A DNA stretch of 53,434 nt from a virus. Taxonomy: Duplodnaviria > Caudoviricetes. Positions 5,468 through 15,100 of this stretch are shown piece after piece (the first letter of the stretch is position 1; each line of letters begins with the position of its first letter). The DNA is taken from IMG/VR virus record IMGVR_UViG_3300020470_000012, positions 1 through 53,434 of that record. One strand, 5' to 3'. A program made the position numbers and the translations under genes. Under the pieces are notes generated by a model that was given only the letters and a program-made list of their open reading frames with translations, was not told the origin of the DNA and did not search any database.

Positions 5468-6261
5468 TGGCATATACTACTCTCAATAAGACAGAACTCA
5501 CTAAGATAAAGATAATGGAACAGTTCTCAGAAACTGTTACCGTTTCTCTGGACAGTAATACTACAAATTCTTCTACAGATTATATCGTAGATTGGAGAGT
5601 ACAGACTACAGATAGTCTCGATGGGGTCGTTGGCACTCCAAGTGCTAATTTTTGGGTAACAAGAGTTCCAGGCACTGGTTATCCCACTGATTGTGGTGGA
5701 TGGTCTAAGATAGGCTTGAAGTATTTGAAGTTAGCACAAAGGACTTATCAGCAACCCACAATTGCACGACCTGATATCTTATCGTCTAGGTTAGTACCTG
5801 GAGTAACTTATCCTGAAGTCACAGGGGGGTCGGGGCAAACGTCTCTCTCTGGAACCTTTTCAGGGGAGTATACTCGGATAGTCTTTCCTTGTGATAGAAT
5901 AACTTACTTAGATAATAATACAACGGAACCCATAGTACTCACACCTGCTCCTAATATTAGTAGTGTTGCTCAACCTCAGAAGCAAAACTTTATGGATCAA
6001 GTTCCTGAAAAGTATGATCATATCGTTGAATTCCGTCCAGACCCTACAGAATGGGTTGATTTGACTTATAGTCTAAAAATCAATCTTATGATAGGTGGAA
6101 ACCCAGAAACAGAGTTTCAACCACTCACTCATCGGTTATTACCTAATACTGATGGATCTTCTGAAATTCTTAGACATTTGGTTCTTAGAGGGCGTACACA
6201 AGAGGAAATGGACGCTAAATATGAAGAGGAACAGTATATTCCTTGGTCAGGACCATCATGA
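5467..6261 (+). CDS. Hypothetical protein upstream of PAAR, possibly baseplate-associated
   Basis: ORF track; coupled on both sides (TAATG and ATGA). Confidence 0.7.
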   Translation: MAYTTLNKTELTKIKIMEQFSETVTVSLDSNTTNSSTDYIVDWRVQTTDSLDGVVGTPSANFWVTRVPGTGYPTDCGGWSKIGLKYLKLAQRTYQQPTIARPDILSSRLVPGVTYPEVTGGSGQTSLSGTFSGEYTRIVFPCDRITYLDNNTTEPIVLTPAPNISSVAQPQKQNFMDQVPEKYDHIVEFRPDPTEWVDLTYSLKINLMIGGNPETEFQPLTHRLLPNTDGSSEILRHLVLRGRTQEEMDAKYEEEQYIPWSGPS

Positions 6262-6671
6262 GTACACCAGCAGCGACTAGGATAGGAGATGCAGACGTAG
6301 GACATTGTTCTGGAATGACCAGAGCAGAAGGTTCTCCTACCGTATTTGTCAATAATATACCTTGGAGTAGACAGGGAGATAAGAATACAACTCATTTATT
6401 TCCTGCTCCACCTATATGTTTACCCCATGCAGCACCTATTACTACAGGGTCAACAACAGTATTTTTAGATACTGGTATGACTCATGGTGCTTTAAAAATG
6501 GGTGGAAGTAAGGATGGTGGTACAGGAAAAGGTGCTGGTAGAGTAGGAGATGCTATTACTGGGTGTACTTCTGTTGCAGCAGGGTCTCCAAACGTGTTTT
6601 GTGGTGGAGAACCACCTACAATCAAGCCAGCAACTGAATTTGGACTAGAATTTGACGAAAAAACAGTATAA
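6258..6671 (+). CDS. gp5.4: PAAR-repeat spike-tip protein (T4 gp5.4-like)
   Basis: PAATRIGD, GSPTVFVNNIPWSRQGD, GSTTVF, GAGRVGD and GSPNVF motifs, plus His/Cys candidates for metal binding. ATG 6258 forms an ATGA overlap. Confidence 0.9.
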   Translation: MSTPAATRIGDADVGHCSGMTRAEGSPTVFVNNIPWSRQGDKNTTHLFPAPPICLPHAAPITTGSTTVFLDTGMTHGALKMGGSKDGGTGKGAGRVGDAITGCTSVAAGSPNVFCGGEPPTIKPATEFGLEFDEKTV

Positions 6672-9322
6672 TGCCGATAAAAACTAGCTATAAATTCGAT
6701 GTAAAGGACAAATTTACTCCTGTTGGGTTCGGTGATGACGAAGTTACCCATATAGCAAGTTCTTGGCAAGTCTCAGATCATCAAGATTTTGGTATTTTAC
6801 CCTTTGAAGAGGTAATAAATCCTGATTTCAAGACAAAAGTTGATTTTTTTGCTGAAGATTACCTTCAAGGCTTCAAAGATTACTGGATTAGGTGTAAATT
6901 TCACTCTTCTAAGGCAAAAGAGGGTGAAGTACCCCTTTATGTGACTGCAAAATTTGTAAAAGGGAGCACCGAGGTGACTCTCTTGGGTAGACAAAGTGAA
7001 GAAAACAGACAAATATTAGAAGTTGAGGATTTAGAGTACTCAATTAAACCTGGAATGCGTGTTGATTTGGTTTCTACCTCATCAGGTCGTACAGGTGGTA
7101 TTGTTGTTCCAGAAGGTACTCTTATTCGATCAATTGACTTATCTACCAAAAAATTTGAATTAACTCATCCTTCTCTTCATAGTGGTGTAGTAAATGTCAA
7201 TTTAACTAGGTGTGTTGAGTCAGATTGGAGTGTAGAATGGAGATTTAGGTCAGATAGAGGGTCTTGGGCTACTATTAACATAGGAACTCAACCAACTAGT
7301 CAAACAAATACTGCTGGAGCATGTGTTACATTCACTGCTGGCAACGTTACCATTACAGATGGTACGGAAATGGAGTATATTTGGCAAGAAGAGCTTCCAA
7401 TGGTCGATGGAGAGACCTTTTTTGACATTCAAAACGGTGGAACAGCTCCAATTATTACAGGTGCTGATACAAATTCCTTAACAATTTGTAATTTACGCTA
7501 TCCAGAGGATAATGGACGCTGTTTTAGACTAAAAGTCGTTGCTGAAACTGCTGCAGATGTATTTTCTGATACAGTTTGTATTACAGTGCTCCCTGTAAAC
7601 ATTATTATTACGTCACAACCTGTAGATCATACAGTAGTACAAGAACCTGTTGTAACAAATGAAACAGTTCCTTGTATTGGAGTAATTGACGAAACTTCTC
7701 CAAGTTATAGTACATATAATAGTGATTGGGCAGCTTTTAGAACTGCTTGGCCCAATAGACCATTTTGGTTGATGTCTGTCGCTAGAGGTGGTAGTTGGGG
7801 GTATAATAAGATACCTCAAAATATGAGTTCATATCCTAACCCCTTGACAGAACATAGAGTTCCTAGGTGGGGTGGAGACTGGTTTACACTTGCTAATCTG
7901 TCACAATACCCTCAAGGATCGACTGTAGCACTTTTTGTTGATGATTCTGGTTCAATGACCGTTTCTACAGTATCTCAAGCGTTAACTATGTTTGAACAGA
8001 AGTGTTCAGCAGCAGGAATCAACATAATTCGAGTATATAACCCCTATGAACGTTATGTTGAACCATTTATTACTAATTTGATTGGTCCAGGAACAATAAC
8101 CAATTCAACTTTGGTAACTACAGGTGGAGAATTCAGTTGTACAGCAGAAACAACTGATTCTAGTGACATGAATTTCCAGTGGCAACTCAAACAATCTGGT
8201 GAAAGTACTTTTTATCCTGTTCAAGGTGCATTTGGTATATTACAATCAGGAGGAACAACAACTTACGAAACTCCTCCTGCAATCTATCCTACTGATAATG
8301 GGGACTTATATAGGTGTAAATTGACTGCTATAGGAGCATTAGATAAGTATTCTAATGAAGCAGAACTGCTTATAAGCAATCAAACTGGTTATTCTACCAG
8401 ATTTAAGTATAGATTGGTGGAAAATAACCAACAACAACCATCTGGTTGTAGTTTCTCTTGGATTGAGGTAGATTTATCAAATGGTCCTTTAGACCTCGTA
8501 AATACTGGAGTATATGAAATGATTCCTGAAAATGGTAGTACTCCTATAAATTGTCAACTTTGGGGAGCAGGAGGAGGTTGTGGTGGAACATTCCAAGGAG
8601 CAGATGGTGGATATAGTACTGTAGAACTAACTTTGAGAAATACTGTACGTTATTTCTTCATTGTAGGTAAAGGTGGTCGTGGATCTACAAACCAAGGTAC
8701 TGGTGATCCGCAGACTGGTGGTGCTGCAGGAGGTACTTTTGGAGGTGCTGGAGGTGGACTTACTGGAATCTTTGAAGAACCTGAGACTCAGACAAATCAA
8801 ATAACTGAAGTTCTTTCATCAACTGCATTACCAATGTCAATTACTGGAGGTGGTGGAGGTGCTTCTGTACGGTCTCTAGGGGGTGCAGGAGGCGGTATAA
8901 GAGGTAATGATGGAGCAGATAGTGGATTAGATGGTGGAGGTGCTGAATGGGCAGGAATTGGGATAATAGGTGCTACACCTGGATTTGGAGGTGCTGAAGG
9001 TGATGGTGCTCCTGGTGGTCTTTATGCTGGTGGTCAGGGTGATGCAGGAGCTGCTGGTGGTGGAGGAGGATACCGTGGAGGCGGTGGAGGAGGATTTGTA
9101 GGTGTAGATGCTTCTACAGGAGCTGGTTCTGGAGGTGGTGGATGTGGATATTTCAATAATTCAATGATATCCGCAGCATCTACTGGTGCTAGAGATGGAA
9201 CTGTTTCAAACTTCATTGCTACTTATGGTGCTGGTGGTGCAGGAAGTGATCAAGTTGGTGCTGATCAAAATGGTGGACCAGGAAGAATTCGTATAACATC
9301 TGCTGGTACTTCTTCTCCATAG
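6671..9322 (+). CDS. Multidomain virion protein: FN3-like, Ig-like, vWA-like (DDSGS) and Gly-rich C-terminal domain
   Basis: I.TQP...Y.WQ...YRC Ig patterns; VALFVDDSGSM; LWGAGGG...GGGGGYRGGGGG Gly-rich region. Confidence 0.75.
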   Translation: MPIKTSYKFDVKDKFTPVGFGDDEVTHIASSWQVSDHQDFGILPFEEVINPDFKTKVDFFAEDYLQGFKDYWIRCKFHSSKAKEGEVPLYVTAKFVKGSTEVTLLGRQSEENRQILEVEDLEYSIKPGMRVDLVSTSSGRTGGIVVPEGTLIRSIDLSTKKFELTHPSLHSGVVNVNLTRCVESDWSVEWRFRSDRGSWATINIGTQPTSQTNTAGACVTFTAGNVTITDGTEMEYIWQEELPMVDGETFFDIQNGGTAPIITGADTNSLTICNLRYPEDNGRCFRLKVVAETAADVFSDTVCITVLPVNIIITSQPVDHTVVQEPVVTNETVPCIGVIDETSPSYSTYNSDWAAFRTAWPNRPFWLMSVARGGSWGYNKIPQNMSSYPNPLTEHRVPRWGGDWFTLANLSQYPQGSTVALFVDDSGSMTVSTVSQALTMFEQKCSAAGINIIRVYNPYERYVEPFITNLIGPGTITNSTLVTTGGEFSCTAETTDSSDMNFQWQLKQSGESTFYPVQGAFGILQSGGTTTYETPPAIYPTDNGDLYRCKLTAIGALDKYSNEAELLISNQTGYSTRFKYRLVENNQQQPSGCSFSWIEVDLSNGPLDLVNTGVYEMIPENGSTPINCQLWGAGGGCGGTFQGADGGYSTVELTLRNTVRYFFIVGKGGRGSTNQGTGDPQTGGAAGGTFGGAGGGLTGIFEEPETQTNQITEVLSSTALPMSITGGGGGASVRSLGGAGGGIRGNDGADSGLDGGGAEWAGIGIIGATPGFGGAEGDGAPGGLYAGGQGDAGAAGGGGGYRGGGGGGFVGVDASTGAGSGGGGCGYFNNSMISAASTGARDGTVSNFIATYGAGGAGSDQVGADQNGGPGRIRITSAGTSSP

Positions 9323-9348
9323 ACAAATACTCAGCAAACTGGTATAAT
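9320..9348 (+). promoter_or_regulatory. Sigma70-type promoter
   Basis: TAGACA (9320-9325), 17 nt, TATAAT (9343-9348), with TGG extension. Confidence 0.7.
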
Positions 9349-9371
9349 ATCCATATATTCGATCCATTACA

Positions 9372-9527
9372 ATGGCTGTCAAAACTAAATCTGGAGCATG
9401 GGGTTCAAGTGATTACGTAGAGGCAATACCAAAGAAAACAAGACAAGGAAGGGGTAAGCACACTAAATATGCTGCAACTTCAAGGAATAAAGCGAAAAAA
9501 AGAAGTAGAGGACAAGGTAAAAGATAA
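9372..9527 (+). CDS. Small, very basic protein, 51 aa (MAVKTKSG...PKKTRQGRGKHTKYAATSRNKAKKRSRGQGKR)
   Basis: Not in the track. ATG 9372 to TAA 9527, with its own promoter; resembles the small basic ORF recalled upstream of gp25 in cyanomyoviruses. Confidence 0.85.
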   Translation: MAVKTKSGAWGSSDYVEAIPKKTRQGRGKHTKYAATSRNKAKKRSRGQGKR

Positions 9528-9528
9528 G

Positions 9529-9536
9529 TATAAATA
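9529..9536 (+). promoter_or_regulatory. T4-type late promoter TATAAATA
   Basis: Exact gp55 consensus in an intergenic position before ORF 9563. Confidence 0.7.
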
Positions 9537-9562
9537 TTACACCACATTTGCTATAGAAATCA

Positions 9563-9772
9563 ATGGGAATGACCACATCTGCGTTGAACGGTGGTGATAA
9601 TATAGTCACACCATTAGAGAGTGATGAGTATGATCCTATAACAGGACAGGGAACAGAAGTAAATCCATCAGATTATTGTCCAGAAGATTATTATGTATCT
9701 CCTTTGGAACAGGATATTCAGATGGTAATTCAGTTGTTGCAAGAGATTTCAGCTAAGTTAGATAGAGACTAA
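9563..9772 (+). CDS. Hypothetical acidic protein, 69 aa
   Basis: ORF track; follows a late promoter. Confidence 0.65.
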   Translation: MGMTTSALNGGDNIVTPLESDEYDPITGQGTEVNPSDYCPEDYYVSPLEQDIQMVIQLLQEISAKLDRD

Positions 9773-9792
9773 AAAACACGGGAAAGAAGCGG

Positions 9793-9800
9793 TCTAAATA
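9793..9800 (+). promoter_or_regulatory. Late promoter variant TCTAAATA
   Basis: Intergenic, upstream of gp25; one mismatch to TATAAATA. Confidence 0.6.
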
Positions 9801-9828
9801 ATATATAATCCGACTTGTAACGCCCTAT

Positions 9829-10230
9829 ATGGCGAAAGTAGACCTTCTTTCACGATCATTCAAAGATATATCCTTTAGTTTTGATTCACACCCCAAAACT
9901 AAGGATATTCTTGTGAAAAGAAATGAAGCAGCAATAAAGTCTGCTTTGAAACATTTGATATTTACCAATGTGGGTGAAAGACCTTTTCAACCCGAACTTG
10001 GAACATCTCTCTCTAGACTTCTATTTGATAATTGCGATTACGGAACTGCGTCCCAAATCTCTGATGAAATTACTAGAGTTATTAAAAAATATGAGGAAAG
10101 AGTTGTATTGAGTCTAGTAGACGTAAATCCTCTTCCAGAAAATAATGCCTTTGATGTTTCTATTGAATTTGAAATTGTCGGAATTCCACATACGCAGACA
10201 ATCGAATTCTATTTGGAAAGCACTAGGTAA
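9829..10230 (+). CDS. gp25: Baseplate wedge subunit gp25
   Basis: FKDISFSF, AIK..L..LI.T..GERPFQPELG and YEERV motifs; position before gp6. Confidence 0.95.
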   Translation: MAKVDLLSRSFKDISFSFDSHPKTKDILVKRNEAAIKSALKHLIFTNVGERPFQPELGTSLSRLLFDNCDYGTASQISDEITRVIKKYEERVVLSLVDVNPLPENNAFDVSIEFEIVGIPHTQTIEFYLESTR

Positions 10231-10232
10231 TA

Positions 10233-12110
10233 ATGGCAAACACGAAACTTACTAGTTTAGACTTTGAAAATATCAAAGCAGAACTAAAAGATTACCTGAA
10301 GAATAATACTGATTTCACTGACTATGACTTTGAAGGGTCTGCGTTAGCGAATATCGTTGATTTACTTGCATATAACACGCATTATCAATCTTTCGTCTCG
10401 AATATGATTGCGAATGAATCTTTTCTGGATTCTTCGATCTTACGAGACAATGTAGTTCTTCATGCTAAAAGTTTAGGTTATTTACCAAGATCTGCCAAAT
10501 CTTCTAGTTCTTTATTCAATTTTAACGTATTCTCAACATTTTCTGGATTGACAGGTAGTGCTCCTGGATCAATTACCATAAAAGCAGGTAGTGTTTTCAA
10601 TGCGATAAAGGATAAAGTAACGTATTCATTATCAACTCCATCAGATATTGTTACTCCATTAGTATATGTCAACCCACAAGCTCCTGGTCAAGGTGCTACA
10701 GGTACATATAATAATGTTAGATTATATGAAGGTACATATCTTTCTACTTCATGGATTGTTGATCAAAATAATTTAGACCAAAGATTTATAATTCCTAATA
10801 CTGGATTGGATCTTGATACACTTATTATCAAGGTTCAACCTGATTCTGGTTCAACAACATCAGATCTTTATACAAGAGGAGTGAATATTACTCAAGTTAC
10901 CTCTACAAGTAAAGTATATTTTGTTCAGGAAATTGAAGATGAGAAATATGAACTTGTATTTGGTGATGGTGTAGTAGGTGCTAAACTACCAAATAATTCA
11001 AAAATAACAGCAACTTATATCATTTCTAGCGGAGCAGATGCTAATGGTATACAAGGAGTTTCTAATTTCGTATTTGCTGGAAATATAACCAATAATCTCT
11101 CTGTCACACCAGGAAGTCAAACTGTTACTATATCTAATTCACCTGTAACTGAAGGTGGTGCAAAACCAGAGACTATTGATTCAATCAAATTCCAAGCACC
11201 AAGATTTTATTCTGCTCAAAATAGAGCAGTAACTGCTGATGACTATGAAACTATCGTTCGTTTGGTTTATCCGAATGTTGACGATATTTTTGCGTATGGA
11301 GGAGAGGAAGCAAGTCCTCCTGAATATGGAAAGGTAAAAATTGTTATAAAACCGAAATCAGGTCGTACATTATCAGTAAGTACGAAGGAATTTATCAAGG
11401 GAAAACTTAGATCATATAAAGTTGCTTCTTTGACTACTGATATAGTTGATCCACATGTACTTTATCCAACAATCAACTCTGTAATATACTTCAATTCAGA
11501 AACTACTACAAAGTCAGCATCTGAAATAAAGACTTTAGTGGAAAGTTCAATAGATCTCTATGAAGAGTCTACTGCATTGAGTAGATTTGGAGGAAAACTA
11601 AAGTATAGTAAACTAATTGCAGTTATTGACGATGCAGATCCTTCTATTAGTAGAAACTCTACAACAATTTTAATGAGAAGGGATATTCAAGCAATTTTGA
11701 ATACAAAAGCTTCTTATGAACTCTGTTATGTAAACTCATTTGCAGTTGATACAGATGCTCCAGTATTGACATCATCTGGATTCAAATTAGAGGGTTATAC
11801 ACAGACTTTTTACCTAGAAGATGACTATGATGGAACTTACCTAGATACTGCTAGGACTACTAAAAATGTAAAGGCGTATTACTTGAATAACTCAATTAAA
11901 ACGTATCTTGGAGATCCTATAGGGTCTATCAACTATAGTAAAGGTGAAATTTTACTTGGTATGTCCACATCTATTATTATTACCGAAACAGTTGAAACTG
12001 GTTCAGTAATAAAAGTCACAGTTAGACCAGAACAAAATGATATTTTCGCAAAACGAGAAGTCTACCTGTCTCTTACAAAAGGAAATATTCAGGTATTAGC
12101 GGAGTCATAA
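10233..12110 (+). CDS. gp6: Baseplate wedge subunit gp6
   Basis: LDFENIK, FTDYDFEGS, LAYNT, NESFLDS, FGDGVVG and QNRAVTADDY motifs. Confidence 0.97.
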   Translation: MANTKLTSLDFENIKAELKDYLKNNTDFTDYDFEGSALANIVDLLAYNTHYQSFVSNMIANESFLDSSILRDNVVLHAKSLGYLPRSAKSSSSLFNFNVFSTFSGLTGSAPGSITIKAGSVFNAIKDKVTYSLSTPSDIVTPLVYVNPQAPGQGATGTYNNVRLYEGTYLSTSWIVDQNNLDQRFIIPNTGLDLDTLIIKVQPDSGSTTSDLYTRGVNITQVTSTSKVYFVQEIEDEKYELVFGDGVVGAKLPNNSKITATYIISSGADANGIQGVSNFVFAGNITNNLSVTPGSQTVTISNSPVTEGGAKPETIDSIKFQAPRFYSAQNRAVTADDYETIVRLVYPNVDDIFAYGGEEASPPEYGKVKIVIKPKSGRTLSVSTKEFIKGKLRSYKVASLTTDIVDPHVLYPTINSVIYFNSETTTKSASEIKTLVESSIDLYEESTALSRFGGKLKYSKLIAVIDDADPSISRNSTTILMRRDIQAILNTKASYELCYVNSFAVDTDAPVLTSSGFKLEGYTQTFYLEDDYDGTYLDTARTTKNVKAYYLNNSIKTYLGDPIGSINYSKGEILLGMSTSIIITETVETGSVIKVTVRPEQNDIFAKREVYLSLTKGNIQVLAES

Positions 12111-12113
12111 GGA

Positions 12114-15100
12114 ATGATAAAAGTATCGCAGTTAGTAGATAGTCAATTATCTGACTTTTTTAGACAGGAATATCCTACTTTTGTAAAGTTTTTCGAGGAA
12201 TACTATAAAGCAACTGAGATTGATGGTGCTTCGACTGGTCTTCTACGAAAAATTCAGAAATATCAAAATGCTGATTTTTATAAGGATGGTATTATCCTTG
12301 AGACTACATTAGCTGTTGATATTGATGAAACTCAAGAATACATAGAATTATCACAAAAAACTGATAATAAAGGAAGAGCAATATGGGAAAGGTTTCCTGA
12401 AGAAGGTCTTTTATTGCTAGATGATGGTACAAATAGAGAAATTGTACAATATAAAAATATTTCTTTCGGTACTTTATCTTCTATACGTAGAGGTTCTTCA
12501 GGTTCAATTAAATTAGGTGATTTACTAAACGATAGTACCTTCCTGAATACTACTGGGACTGCTTTTAGTGCAAGTAACACAACTGTTACTAACATTAGCC
12601 ATCTTTTCCTTGCAACTTTATTCAAAAATCTAAAATCTCAGTATTTCTCTGGAATTCCTATTGAAAGACTGAATCAGGATATTTCAGTACCTACAATCCT
12701 AAAGTATATCAAGGATTTCTATGCATCTAAAGGTACAAGTCCTGCAATTGAATTCTTATTCAGAAGTGCATTTAATGATGAGAAGATTTTAGTTCGTTAT
12801 CCAAATGAGCAACTTCTAAAATCATCTGTATCTACATGGTCTGTTGATACCATATTACAGGGAACTCTAATCAAATTTCATGATAATGCCACAGTAGATA
12901 ATCTTCCAGGATTAGTTCTAAAACAAATTACTTATGGTTATGATCAGACAATTGGAGAAGCAACAGCAAATATTGAAAAAGTAATTCCAATCAAATCAGG
13001 AAATGATACTCTTTATAGAATTTTCTTGAATGCAGAGTCTATTATTGGAAATTTTCAACCTGCTAATGAAACAAGAAGTAATTCTACTTTTGGTAGTAAT
13101 AATGAGACTTTAGTTGTTGACTCAACAATAGGATTCCCAGAAATAAACGGTGAATTTTATGTAGAAGGAATAAATGATACAGATGGTATCCCAATATCAT
13201 TTTCATATGCAGAAAAGACAGCTACAGAATTTTATGGTGTAGCTACTAATGCTACAGGTTTTACAGGTGTACCTAAGTCTCAATCAGTATTTGGATCTAA
13301 TATTCTTTACGTAGTTTCTGATTCTCAAGACGATCCATTCAAAGATGGATATACTGCTTCTTTTAGACCTGCTGGTTTGATATCAGAGACTCCTATAACT
13401 GGTAAAGGATTATTTGTAAAAGAAGAAGATGTTGTTGAATTTGGTTTATCTGGTAAGAAACAAGATTCTCCTATCAATTCTTCATGGAGACAGAATGTTC
13501 CTTCAACAGAAGACAACGTAAGAGTAGTTTCATATGCTGGAACTATGGTCAATACTTATATCAGTGGTTCATATATTGTTTCAAGAGGAGTAAACCAAGT
13601 ATTTGAGAATAATTCACATGTATTTGTATCTTCAAATGGATTCCCTGATGTTCTTAGTATTGGTGAGATAAGGCAAGGTCCACATTCTGCATTAGCAGTC
13701 GCATCACAAAGACATCTGAAAAAGATTCCAAAAGTTCCTAGTCTTGGTAAATCAAAGGTAAAACAACCTGATAATGGGACTATAGGTGTAACTATTGATG
13801 GTGTTCCTATTATTTCCTTGACAGGACAGAATACAGAACTTGATGGTCCTATTCTTGGTCAAGGTGGACAGTTAGTTAGTGCTGGTGAACTTAATGATAT
13901 TACTGTAGTAGATGGTGGATTTGGATATACTGCACCACCAAAAGTTATTATCAGTGATGATTTTGGTCAAGGTGCTATTGCTACAGCACAAATATCTGGT
14001 GGAAAGGTAATAGGTGTTACTCTAAGTTCTCCTGGTGCATATCAACAAACTCCAGAAGTAACTATTAGTGCAGGATCTGGTGCTCAGATGACTACTGAGT
14101 TTGCATCCAATAATGTTACTGGAGAAATAAAAAATCTTAATATTATTCAAGCAGGTCAAGATTATACCCAAGTACCAGAAATCGTCATTGTAGACGAATC
14201 TGGAAGGGGTAGAGGAGCAAGATTCGTTGTTAGTACAATTGACCCTACAAGTGGTTCTATATCTGCTATACGAAAAGTTTCTGGTGGATATGATTATGAT
14301 GTATCAAAAACTAAGATTTATATCGTTCCTACTGCATCTGGAGCAACTGTTGAGGCACAACTAACTGAATGGCATAGAGATAATATCAAAGAATATTCAA
14401 GATATTCTGATAAGCATAATGGATATCCTTTCCCTGGTTTAATACCAGAATATCATTCTGCGTACAATTATGTTGGTAATCCTATAGGTATTAGAAATGT
14501 ACTTGGTGATAATATTGTTGCTGGTAATGAGCAAGCAGGAAATCTAGAACACTCACCTATTCTTGGATGGGCATATGATGGTGTTCCAATATATGGTCCT
14601 GTTGGTTATGAGGATCCTTTACCATCACAATCTGGAGATTGGAGTATAAAACGTTTAGAATCATCCTATTTCCTAAAAGATGCACGTAATGCCATTGGTA
14701 TCGTGGCATATCAGATGGGAACATTTACAGAAGATTATGAGTATAAACCAGATGGTGATCCTTTACATCAAGATTTGGATGAGTTTAATGGAAGATTCTG
14801 TGAAACTCCTGAATTTCCATTAGGTAGATATTGTTATTTTACTACTGTTCATTCGAGTAGAGATCCTAATCAAGTAGATAGATATGACATAAAACCAAGA
14901 TTCCCTTATGTTATTGGACCTACTTTTAAATATGCACCAGAATCATCTAACTGGGATTCAACTTCTATATTGAAGAATTTGCCTTCTGATGTTATAAGAG
15001 TAAGAGATGTAAATAATAACTTACCTCAGTTTGGTTCTTTAGTTGGTGCAACAGTATCTAATGTTTCATCAGGATCTATTGATTCTGTTATTGTTGAGAA

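Noticed and set aside
6652-6672. TTGACG...TATAAT promoter before ORF 6671
   Set aside because: The spacer is only 9 nt and the TATAAT arises from the stop/start overlap.
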